Origin: Octopus bimaculoides
Taxonomy: Eukaryota
Length of the DNA stretch: 64,000 nucleotides
Assembly: GCF_001194135.2 (NCBI RefSeq)
Contig: NC_068984.1
Span: forward strand, 127,099,154-127,163,153
Direction: 5' to 3'
The stretch's first letter is position 1, and each line of letters starts with the position of its first letter. This document shows, one piece after another, positions 40,826 through 51,281 of the stretch. The position numbers and the translations under genes are program-made. Below the pieces are notes generated by a model. The model worked only from the letters and a program-made list of their open reading frames with translations. It made no database searches and was not told the DNA's origin.

Positions 40826-41135
40826 TCATCATCATCATCATCATCGTCATCGTCGTCGTCATCGTCTAATGTCTGCTTTCCATGCTGGCGTGGATTGGAT
40901 GGTTTGACAGGAGCTGGTCAGGTGGAGAGCTGCCCAAGCTCCAATTGTCTGTTTTGGCATTGTTTCTACAGTTGGATGCCCTTCCTAACGCCAACCACTT
41001 TACAGAGTGTACTGGGTGCTTTATACGTGGCCCTAGCACGGGTGCTTTATATGTGGCACTTGCATGGGTGCTTTTCATGTGACACTGGCTCAGGCGCTTT
41101 TTATGTGACACTGAAACTGGTGCTTTTTACATGGC
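40826..41135 (-). mobile_element. RTE-tail element with ~26-bp tandem units x~5
   Basis: (CAT)n tail, ggatgcccttcctaacgccaaccac, repeated gg(t)gctttt.(c/t)(g/a)tg(g/a)cac. Confidence 0.8.
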
Positions 41136-41244
41136 ACTAGCACACCCATGAACCTGCAAGACAAGGGTCTCTTGGCTGGCAAAAAGACATGCTTGTATGT
41201 ATGGATGGCTAAGCTCACCCTAAACTTGTAGAAGAGAGCAATTA

Positions 41245-41722
41245 TCATCATCATGATTGTTTAACATCTGCTTTCCATGCTGGCATGGGTTGGATGGTTT
41301 GACTGAGGTCTGGCAAGCCAGTGGGCTGCACCAGGCTCCAATCTGATTTGGCAATGTTTCTACAGCTGGATGCTCTTCCTAATGCCAACCACTCTGAGTG
41401 TGTAGTGGGTGCTTTTTATGTGCCACTGGCACAGAAGCCAGTCAGGGGGCACTGGCATTGACCATGTTTGGATGGAGTTTTTTACATGCCACTGGCATGG
41501 GAGTCAGTCAAGGGGCACTGGCATCGACCACATTCGGATGGTGCTTTTTATGTGCCACCAATATGGGAGTCAGTCGGGAGCACTGGCTTCAACCACATTC
41601 GGATGGTGCTTTTTTACATGCCACAAGCATGAGATCCAGTCATGGGGCACTGGCATTGACCACATTCAGATGGTGCTTTTTATGAGCCACTGGCATGGAA
41701 GCCAGTCTGGGGGCACTGGCAT
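41245..41722 (-). mobile_element. RTE 3'UTR fragment with ~64-bp tandem units x~5
   Basis: Repeated gccagtcaggggg.cactggcat.gaccacatt.ggatggtgcttttt units plus RTE tail. Confidence 0.85.
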
Positions 41723-42580
41723 CATTAGAAAGTACAAAATATATTACGGTTGTGCATCAGAGCTCTATATTGAGAATATTGTTGGAGAGCAAGACAGAGA
41801 GAGAAAGTTAAATATTTCATCTAAATCGACTTATCATAATTTAGAAATTGCTGGATATTTCGAATTAAAAGTTTCTTTTAATGTGATATAGATGGGAAAG
41901 ATGCAATATTATGGAATGAATAATAACAAACTCTTGAAATATAAGTAAACAATGATTATTGGTGAAGTCATACTGAAGTCCATATAGGACTATTTCTATT
42001 GAAAGTTTATATCTTTTATAACTTTGTATTATTTCCATTTTATCAATAAGATTTATTATCTTATTCACAAATATTATATTGATTTATCCACCTCATTAGC
42101 TGTTCATTTCTTTAAAATTTGATGGCCTACCAACCAACCAACCAAATATACATATGCATGTGTGTGTGCCCATGCACGCACATGCACACACGCACATGCA
42201 CACATGCACACACACACACACACACACACACGCACAGCTATATGTATATAACAGAAACATAAGCTTCTGCTAATGAAGTTACATTGATTACAGCATAATT
42301 TATAAACATCTACGTTTGAATCGTTAATTCAGATGATCTCGCCAAATGTTCTATTCTGCCTCTTTAGTTAAAAAGTTAAAAACAGTTCAGAGGATAATGA
42401 AGATAAAACTTATGAAAAGCCAAAACAAAACCGGAAATAAAAACTAAATTCTAACTTTATAGAAGTAGATAGATTAGCTAAATCTTAATTAAGAATTGCC
42501 CCGTATCTCTAGTGTGAGACACCTATTTATGTCCCTGTATTCATACTCCGACTTTTCATCACCTGACAGAAAGCCACCTT

Positions 42581-42815
42581 TCTGTCAGGTGAGCAGGAAG
42601 AAATGTTAGCATGCTGGGCGAAATGCTTAGCGGTATTTCATCTGCTGTTACGTTCTGAGTTCAAATTCTGCCTAAGTCGACTTTGCCTTTCATCCTTTCG
42701 GGGTTGATAAATTAAGTACTAGTTATGCACTGAGGTCGATGTAATCGACTTAATCTCCTTTTCTGTCCTTGTTTGACCCCTCTATGTTCAGCCTCTTGTC
42801 GGCAATAAAGAAATA
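42581..42815 (+). mobile_element. Young SINE family A with 13-bp target-site duplication
   Basis: agaaagccacctt at 42568-42580 and 42816-42828. Confidence 0.9.
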
Positions 42816-42829
42816 AGAAAGCCACCTTC

Positions 42830-43490
42830 AAGAAGAAGAAGAAGAAGAAGAATGAGGAGGAGGAGGAGGAAGAGGAGTGGGAAGAGGAGGAGGTGGAAGA
42901 TGAAGGAGGAGGAAGACAAAAGAGGAGGAGGAAGACAAAAGAGGAGGAAGGAAGAGGAAGATGAAGGAGGAAGACGAAAGAGGAGGAAGACGAAAGTGGA
43001 GGAAGGAAGAAGAAGGCGGAGGAAGAAGGAGGAGGGAGAGGAAGGCGGAGGGAGAGGAAGGAGGAGGGAGAGGAAGGAGGAGGGAGAGGAAGGAGGAAGG
43101 AGAGGAAGGAGGAGGGATAGGAAGGAGGAGGGAAAGGAAGGAGGAGGGAAAGGAAGGAGGAGGAAGAAGGANNNNNNNNNNNNNNNNNNNNNNNNNNNNN
43201 NNNNNNNNNNNNNNNNNNNNNNNNNNNNNNNNNNNNNNNNNNNNNNNNNNNNNNNNNNNNNGGAGGGAAAGAAAGGAGGAGGGAAAGAAAGGAGGAGGGA
43301 AAGAAAGGAGGAGGGAAAGAAAGGAGGAGGGAGGGGAAGAAGGAGGGAAAGGAAGGAGGAAGGAGGAGGGAGAGGAAGGAGAGGAAGGAGAGGAAGGAGG
43401 AGGGAAAGGAAGGAGGAGGGAGAAGAAGGAGAGGAAGGAGGAGGGAAAGGAAGGAGGAGGGAGAGGAAGGAGGAGGAGGTAGAAGAAGAA
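42830..43490. repeat. Polypurine GGA/GAA tract with ~21-bp degenerate unit, followed by (GAT/GGT)n to ~43650
   Basis: Almost only G and A on the + strand; contains a 90-N gap. Confidence 0.95.
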
Positions 43491-44849
43491 AGTGATGGTG
43501 ATGATGATGATGATGACAATGACAACAGCGGTGGTGATGATGATGATGACAACGATGGTGGTAGTGATGATAACAAGACTGACGATGGTGGTGGTGATGA
43601 TGATGATGATGATGACAATGATGGTGGCAGTGGTGATGATGATGATATTTATTGATACATTAGCTTATTATGCAATGTTGACTCTTTCTACTTTTGCTGT
43701 TTTCCTCTATTGCCACAATAGTAAATAGCATTATAATTACACTGCAATAATTACCAATCATATGATCACACCAACGTGGGAGGGTGTAATTTTCCTAACC
43801 AGAGTTGTTTAAATATGATGCGTTATCTTCAGCCCATAACAATGTACTCATGTTCCGATTACAAATCTATATTTCCTCTCTGAACAACTGCTGACACTTT
43901 GCATATATGTTACAATTATATTTTATACAAGTCTATACTGATCATATTATATATTTTTGGCAATATATCCACAATGCACATTCTGAATTACATCCAAAAA
44001 GATTCAACCACCCAATGGGCCAGTCTTTATTATCAATACTCTAAAAACCTTTGACCCATTATCAAGCCGTGTTCTCCTCCAATTTCTTCTATTATTAATA
44101 CTACAACACACACACACCCTTCCCCACTCCTCTCTCCACTTAATTTTTCATATAAACTCACTTATTACATTTGCCTTCCTTGGCTCACTTTCTCTCGCCG
44201 CTATCATTGTGGGCCCCACTATCCAGATCTCTATCATTTTCCAACCCCATTTCTAATTACCCAGGTTTGACAACAGTATCCCTAAATTATAAAGGGTCTG
44301 ACAATTTTGAGGGTACTGTCTCTCCTTCACGGGCTAAATAATTCTTTCCAATTTTGGCACAAGGCCAGCAATTTTAGGGAGATAGTTGATTGCATCATCT
44401 CAATGTTTAGCTGGTACTTATTTTACTGACACCAAAGAGATGAAAAGCAAAGTCAGCTTCAGAAGGCAAAGAGCTGAAAGAAATCTCTTTAAGCATCTCT
44501 TGGCATGGTAAGGATTCTGTGAGCTTCACAGATTAATTAATAAAACCAATCCCTCACTGATATAACGCATTCTCTTTTAAGGTGTTACAATGTGTTTTAA
44601 GGAAGATTTGGCTACTATTACTAGCAGGTTAAGTGACTATATAGAGTCTCCTCCATTATGTTGTTTTCACAGGTAGATATACTAGAAAGAAGAAATAAAC
44701 TATTTTCTTATATGAAGGGCTGATTATGTGTCACATGTTTAAGAAGTCTAGTACTGCACGATAGTGAAATATTTGCAGTAGAATTTATAACAATTAGAGA
44801 GGAATGAGTAGGCAGCAGTCTTCAATAAAATAAAAATCACGAGATTGTC

Positions 44850-45060
44850 GCAGTGTGTCTCATGTCTTCCATTGTTAATATGTTACAATAGCTTCATGTT
44901 GTAGGTGAATAACCATCTTGCTGAATGTTGTAATATTCCTTTATCCAATATATAATAATTTGTAACTTTCATGTCTACAAATGAATTTATGTATATTACA
45001 TTGGTCATTTGGAGTTTATCCATGGCTTTACTTGCTTCTGCTTTGTTATGAGGAAATGCT
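44850..45060 (-). mobile_element. Possible second PLE GIY-YIG remnant
   Basis: Minus strand NVIY...YYIG*RNITTFSKMVIHLQH (with frameshift) resembles NxIY..YIGxT..LxxRxxxH. Confidence 0.35.
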
Positions 45061-45616
45061 TAATATTCTGTATTTTGTAATATATTTGTTATAGTCATTT
45101 ATGGATAGGTTTAATACTTATATTGACTTACATTTTATCGTCAAATACTTTGTAATAAAATATATTATTAACATATCTAAGTTCCTTGCAGGACATTTAT
45201 GACTTGACTTTTGACACTCAACATCACTCAAATTCATTATATCTCAGCACTAATCTGCTTTCTTGGACTGGTACTTATTTAATGAATCAAAAGGATGAAA
45301 GCCAAAGTTTATCTTGGAGGGATTTAAACTCAAAGTACAGAGATCCAGAACAAATACTGCAAGGTATTCTATGCAACATTATAACAATGCTGCCAATTCA
45401 CTGTCTCAGTTTTCTTCTTGTAATTCAGAGATACCAATCAACTGTGCCAGTCAGACATTCTTCATAAGTGAGGAACTTCTAATGGTAATAACAATGGCAT
45501 GGACTGAAGATCATTAATATTTTAATATTTCAAATATTGAAGCATAAAACAGGAGTATGTAAAGGACATGTGTAAGTAATTTATGATGAAAAAAGAAAGT
45601 CAAAGAAAACGCTCAT

Positions 45617-46112
45617 GGACAGATGGTTAATGGACATTTGGCCAATAGAATAGACATCTGGTTTATGGACATTTGACCAATAGAATTGACATCTTGTTTA
45701 TGGACATTTGGTGAACATGATATTTGACAAAGCAGATTACATTGGACATTTCATCGAGCAGACATTTCATTGACAGACATTTGACCAAGCAGACATTTCA
45801 TTGGACATTTAACTAAGCACACATTTCATTGATGGATATTTGACCAGGTAGACACTTCATTGTCAGCATTAATTTCCCCAAGTTCACATTAATTGTGCCT
45901 CTGCTTGGCATAAAAGGTGACTAAAAGGAGTTGAGGTAGGATTTGCACTCTGACCATGTAAAAACACTCACCAGCAATGACTACCTAAATAGACCCATGG
46001 TTGGACTGTTGTCACTTGAGTGGTGCAAAGGTATCATCTACCAAGACTAGTAGAGAATCACCAACAAATGGTGGATGCAGTGACATGGTGTTACAACACG
46101 TTCCCCCACACC

Positions 46113-46150
<38 letters not shown>

Positions 46151-46640
46151 ATATGTCCATTTAGATAAATATTTGTTCAGTTGTAAGTCCATTAGAATAA
46201 ATATAGTTAGTTTTGTAAACAAACAATGAGATTGAAAATGAAAATGAAAAGAAGGGTTATGGGCATATGTGCCATATTTGGGGAGTTTTTACTCCTTCAT
46301 CAGCACCCATCTAACCCATTAATCATCCATGAACCCTTTGTCACCCTCTAACCTTTCATTCTCTGACACGAGTTCCCCTCATCAAACGCCCCTGTCCCTT
46401 TCATAATTCCTTGTCTTGCAAATTTGCATATTAAAAAACACATTCCAGAAATGTGTTAAATTCGCTTTGTGCTCACTCAGATAAATGTTCATTTGGTTAT
46501 ATGTCCATTCTATCAACGCATTCAGTCAAATGTCAATCAGTGAAATGTTCAGTTGATGAAATGTCCACCGGAGTGGTGGCTGCTTGATGAAATGTCATTC
46601 AATGAAACGTCCATTTAATCCAATGTCCATCAACCAGTCA
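45617..46640. mobile_element. Foldback-like DNA element with inverted arrays of GACATTT subrepeats
   Basis: GACATTT-type repeats at 45617-45860, AAATGTC-type repeats at 46490-46640; outer ends tggttaatggacattt / caatgtccatcaacca. Confidence 0.7.
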
Positions 46641-47200
46641 TTTGTCTAGCCACAGAAGAAACATTAATGATGATGATGATGATGGTGATGATGGTGATGA
46701 AGATGTTGACAAATAGTGGTAGAGGTGGTGGTGGTGGCAACAATAATGATGATAATGATGGTGATGCTGATGATGACAACAATCACAGCGACGATAGCAA
46801 TAAAAAATACAATCAAGCAAGAAATAAGAGGCAATGATGAAAAAATTTCAATATGAATTCAAGTCTCACTCAAATTCTTTTAACTCCATTTACTTTAGTA
46901 AATTGTCCTGGGGAAAAGCCTGAATATTATTACACTTTGATGTTTTCCTTCCTTCAAATTGTTAATTTTCCTGTGTTGTATCAAAAGTAAGTCATATTAT
47001 TTGCTAATAGTGATTAATTATACATTGCAGTGTGATGCTAATAATGAACTTATAAATATATTTTACCTTAGTTTCACATCTTCGGCAATATTCTGAAATG
47101 AGAATAAAACAAAACAATGTAATCACACATTTATTTAAAATATCATTACTGTTCATTCTTGTCTTTGTCTAACTTTCCTTTACAGAAAACTAGTGATATA

Positions 47201-48015
47201 TAGCCAGTATGCTCCGTTGGATGTGTAATGTCAATGTGAATACCCGTCAGAGTGTAAGTATCTTGAGAGAAAAGCTGAACATTAGAAGCATCAGTTGTGG
47301 CGTGCAAGAGAGACGATTGCGCTGGTATGGACATGTGGTGAGAATGGAGGAGGATAGCTGCGTGAAAAAGTGCCACACCCTAACAGTTGAGGGAACCCGT
47401 GGAAGAGGTAGGCCCAGGAAGACCTGGGCTGAGGTGGTGAGGCAAGACCTTCGTACATTGGGCCTCACCGAGGCGATGACTACGGACCGAGACCTTTGGA
47501 AATGGGCTGTGCGTGAGAAGACCCGGCAAGCCAAGTNNNNNNNNNNNNNNNNNNNNNNNNNNNNNNNNNNNNNNNNNNNNNNNNNNNNNNNNNNNNNNNN
47601 NNNNNNNNNNNNNNNNNNNNNNNNNNNNNNNNNNNNNNNNNNNNNNNNNNNNNNNNNNNNNNNNNNNNNNNNNNNNNNNNNNNNNNNNNNNNNNNNNNNN
47701 NNNNNNNNNNNNNNNNNNNNNNNNNNNNNNNNNNNNNNNNNNNNNNNNNNNNNNNNNNNNNNNNNNNNNNNNNNNNNNNNNNNNNNNNNNNNNNNNNNNN
47801 NCCATTTCGAGCGTGGCCGTTTTCGTGCGGGTGACACGTAAAAGCACCCACTACACTCTCTGAGTGGTTGGCGTTAGGAAGGGCATCCAGCTGTAGAAAC
47901 TCTGCCAAATCAGACTGGAGCCTGGTGTTGCCATCCGGTTTCACCAGTCCTCAGTCAAATCGTCCAACCCATGCTAGCATGGAAAGCGGACGTTAAACGA
48001 TGATGATGATGATAT
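47201..48015 (+). mobile_element. Young 5'-truncated RTE LINE (ORF C-terminus 47209-47536, 3'UTR partly in gap, (GAT)n tail)
   Basis: RRLRWYGHVVRMEEDSCVKKCHTLTVEGTRGRGRPRKTWAEVVRQDL, no stops. Confidence 0.93.
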
Positions 48016-48034
48016 ATATATATATATGTTAAAT

Positions 48035-48149
48035 CTCTGAACGAGGTATAAACAGTAACTGCACAATAACGTGAAGTATATTTGCCACTTAAATGTGGCT
48101 AAACCCTAAGCACATTATCGTGCAGTTACTGTTTATACCTCGTTCAGAG
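48035..48149. repeat. 39-bp inverted repeat with 37-bp spacer
   Basis: 48035-48073 vs 48111-48149, 2 mismatches; inner gccac-ttaaat-gtggc mini-hairpin. Confidence 0.95.
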
Positions 48150-48266
48150 GTATGAACGTCTTTGGCATCATCATCATCCTCATCATCATCCTTCCCATCA
48201 TCATCATCATCATCATCTAACATTATTAACATTTGACGGATATTTGTCCTCATCTTGTTTGTTGTT

Positions 48267-48312
48267 AACACAACATTTCAGCTGATATACCCTCCAGCCT
48301 TCATCAGGTGCC
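48267..48312 (-). ncRNA. Minimal type I hammerhead ribozyme-like motif (left arm)
   Basis: ggcac CTGATGA a ggctg-gagggtatat-cagct GAAA tgtt gtgtt on the minus strand. Confidence 0.55.
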
Positions 48313-48571
48313 TTGGAGAAATTTTGAACTTGGGTTCTCATTCCTAAGGTATTTTTTGATGTTGTTGTTATTATCATTATTATTATTATTATTATCATTA
48401 TTATTATTATTCAGGTCACTGCCTGGAATCGAACTCAGAATCTTGGGGTTAGTAGCCCGCGCTCTTAACCACTACGCCATATGCCCATGGGCATATGGCA
48501 TAATAACATAATAACATAATAACATCGAAAAATACCTTAGGAATGAGAACCTAGGTTTGAAATTTCCCCAA

Positions 48572-48617
48572 GACACCTGATGAAGGCTGGAGGGTATATC
48601 AGCTGAAATGTTGTGTT
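48572..48617 (+). ncRNA. Minimal type I hammerhead ribozyme-like motif (right arm)
   Basis: Stem I gacac/gtgtt, core CTGATGA (48577-48583), extra A, stem II ggctg/cagct, GAAA, short stem III, GUU triplet. Confidence 0.6.
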
Positions 48618-48705
48618 AACAACAAACAACTGGAGGAAAATATCCATCAAACGTAAATAATGTAAATAATGTACATAATTCCTCATCTCTTAAATATAGA
48701 ACTGT

Positions 48706-48940
48706 ATCATCATCTAATGTCTTTTGTCCATGTGGCATGGGTTGGATGGTGTGACCAGAGCTGGCAAGCTTTGGGTCTGTACCAGACTCCAGTCTGATTT
48801 GGCATGGTTTCTACAGCTGGATGCCCTTCCTAATGCCAATCACTTTACTGAGTGTGCTGGGTGCTTTTATGTGGCACTGCATGGGCACTTTTATGTGACA
48901 CCACATGGGTGCTTTTACGTGGCACCAACCATGAGTGCTT
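48706..48940 (-). mobile_element. RTE-tail element (26-bp unit subfamily) whose (CAT)n tail continues at 48165-48220
   Basis: ggatgcccttcctaatgccaatcac plus ggg(t/c)(g/a)ctttta(t/c)gtg(g/a)cac x3. Confidence 0.8.
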
Positions 48941-49470
48941 TATACAACCAGAAGGATCTGTCATATGAACAAAATTACTGCATTTGATAATGCTATAAAG
49001 ATTTTTACCTGGTTCTGTTTTATCTTGGTCTTCATTACAACTAGTCTCCTTGGTGTGGTTTTCAAATACAGGTATTTGCCAAAACTCATTAGTTTGCTGA
49101 ATGCTCTATTAAATAAACCACAACAATAAAAAATAAAAGGATTAACAAAATATACTAATAATTCAAATATTGTTTTATTATTTTGTTGCTCTACTTGTTT
49201 CTGCCCTCAAACTGTGGCCATGCTACAGCACAACCTTGAAGAATTTTAATCGAACAAATTAGCCCGAGTACTTATTTTTAAGCCTTCTACTTATTCTATC
49301 AGTCTCTTTTGCCAAATTGCTAAGTTCTGGGGATGTAAACATCAGTTCTCAATCAGTGGTGGGAGACAAACACAGACACCAAGATACACACACACATACA
49401 TAATATATATATATACATACATACATAAATCAGAAATGGAAAAACAATAAATTCAAAGTAACTCACATAC

Positions 49471-49535
49471 TTTTGAAGTGATGTACAGATATTGTATATT
49501 TAGAATAATAAGGTAGTCAGAATGTTGGATGATTA

Positions 49536-49568
<33 letters not shown>

Positions 49569-49698
49569 GATAAATCCGATAATGGAAGAAAGCGTTAAAA
49601 ATGTAAATAAAATGTAAATAAATAATAAAATATATATAATCATCCAACATTCTGACTACCTTAATCTAAATATACAATATCTGCACATCACTTCAAAA
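49471..49698. repeat. ~70-bp inverted repeat with ~90-bp spacer, inside the microsatellite of a split family B SINE (49185-49420 and 49750-49900, -)
   Basis: ttttgaagtgatgt.cagatattgtatatttaga..taaggtagtcagaatgttggatgattatatata vs its reverse complement at 49631-49698. Confidence 0.92.
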
Positions 49699-49710
49699 AC
49701 TCTCTCTCTC

Positions 49711-49757
<47 letters not shown>

Positions 49758-50164
49758 CAGGCTTCTTTCAGTTACCATCTACCAAATCCACTCACAAGGT
49801 TGTGGTCATCTCAAGGTTATAGTAGAAGACACTTTACCAAGTGGGACCGAACCCAGAACTATCTGGTTGAGAAGCAAAGCCCTAACCACACAGCCATGTC
49901 TGTAATTTTATTTTCATTAGTTTTAATAGGTGGCAAGTTGGTTATTTGTGAGCATGCTAGTCAAAAGGCTCAGTGGCATTTCTTCTGGCTTTACATTCTG
50001 AGTTCAAATACCACTGAGGGTGATCTTTAACTTGGAGTCATTCACAGTCAATAAAACAAGTACCACTTGAGCAGTTGGGTTGATGTAAATGACTAGCCCT
50101 GACCCTCACCAAAAAATTTCAGGCCTTGTGCTTACAAAAGAAAGAAAAATTGGCTGTGTGGATA

Positions 50165-50562
50165 GGCGCAGGAGTGGCTGTGTGGTAAGTAGCTTGCTTA
50201 CCAACCACATGGTTCCGGGTCCAGTCCCACTGCGTGGCACCCTGGGCAAGTGTCTTCTACTATAGCCTCAGGCCGACCAAAGCCTTGTGAGTGGATTTGG
50301 TAGACGGAAACTGAAAGAAGTCCGGCGTATATATGTATATGTATGTGTATGTATGTGTCTGTGTTTGTCTCCCCAACATCGCTTGACAACCGATGCTGGT
50401 GTGTTTACGTCCCCGTAACTTAGCGGTTCGGCAAAATGAGACTGATAGAATAAGTACTAGGCTTACAAAGAATAAGTCCTGGGGGTCGATTTGCTCCACT
50501 AAAGACAGTGCTCCAGCATGGCTGCAGTCAAATGACTGAAACAAGTAAAAGAGTAAAAGAGT
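50165..50562 (+). mobile_element. Intact young SINE family B
   Basis: A-box-like tggctgtgtgg, B-box-like gggtccagtccc, CpGs retained, tail gtaaaagagtaaaagagt. Confidence 0.93.
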
Positions 50563-50981
50563 AATAGTTTAATCAAGAGGTAGGGATAATGTCCAAGGTT
50601 CTCAACCATTTTAATCAATTTGGAGATATTGATAAGGTCAATCATCAATCTATGAATTGACATCTGCAGCGAAAATGTGAGCAGAAAAGGAATTCCAAAG
50701 CTGGAATTGAAGAGAGGAAATGTTTAATGATAATGAGTTGCGTGGCTCCCATGGCAAAGTGAGACGCCGAAGGGAATGACAAGACAAATCCAGACAAGTG
50801 TGCTGGGGTAGCTTGTGTGGAGGTGGTATGCAATGTAACTAGCTAGTTCTGTGAAGCAAAAGTCATTGTTATAGTAGTAATAGAATAGTCAAAGTAAATG
50901 AGTAGAGTATTAGGTTGATGAATAAGTTTTTTCACACTCAGTCAAGTGGCCTTCATTTGAATGTAATCTTAGATGTCTGTC

Positions 50982-51051
50982 TCAGTTGTGTAGTTAAGAC
51001 CTACAATGGAGCAGTAATCTGCTCTATTGTAGGTCTTAACTACTCAACTGA
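50982..51051. other. Isolated 70-nt hairpin: 33-bp stem, 4-nt loop
   Basis: tcagttgtgtagttaagacctacaatggagcag-taat-ctgctctattgtaggtcttaactactcaactga; one mismatch and one G.T pair. Confidence 0.9.
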
Positions 51052-51281
51052 TTAGCTGAAGAGTTTTCTGACCCTGGAGTAAGTTCAGTGATTGGGATTC
51101 AGCTTTTGTTATATCATATATTATGTATACAGGGTCACCCGAAAAGATTATCAAAGATGGTATGGGCTAATGTTTTGTAAACTATGAGAAAATTTCCTAA
51201 CTTTACTTCTCTGTAGACAACATTGAAAAACAAGACATTGAATGAGTGTGGTAACAACTTCTTTTATTTATTTACTTATTT

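Larger units (their letters stand above)
48221..48705. mobile_element. Palindromic tRNA-headed, hammerhead-bearing retroelement with 12-bp TSD
   Basis: Arms 48221-48363 and 48521-48662 inverted; tRNA-like head at 48412-48482(-); perfect 24-bp palindrome 48476-48499; atcatcatctaa duplicated at 48209-48220 and 48706-48717. Confidence 0.85.

Noticed and set aside
41405-41722. CRISPR-like reading of regularly spaced repeats (also 14413-14600, 45617-45860)
   Set aside because: Whole units repeat with no unique spacers; eukaryotic TE context; no cas genes
42788-43728. 170-276 aa R/G/E/K-rich and S/P/L-rich ORFs
   Set aside because: Stop-free by composition of the polypurine tract; open in several frames
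48412-48482. tRNA gene
   Set aside because: A/B boxes present, but no acceptor stem, imperfect anticodon and T stems, and an atypical ACT anticodon; it is a SINE-type head
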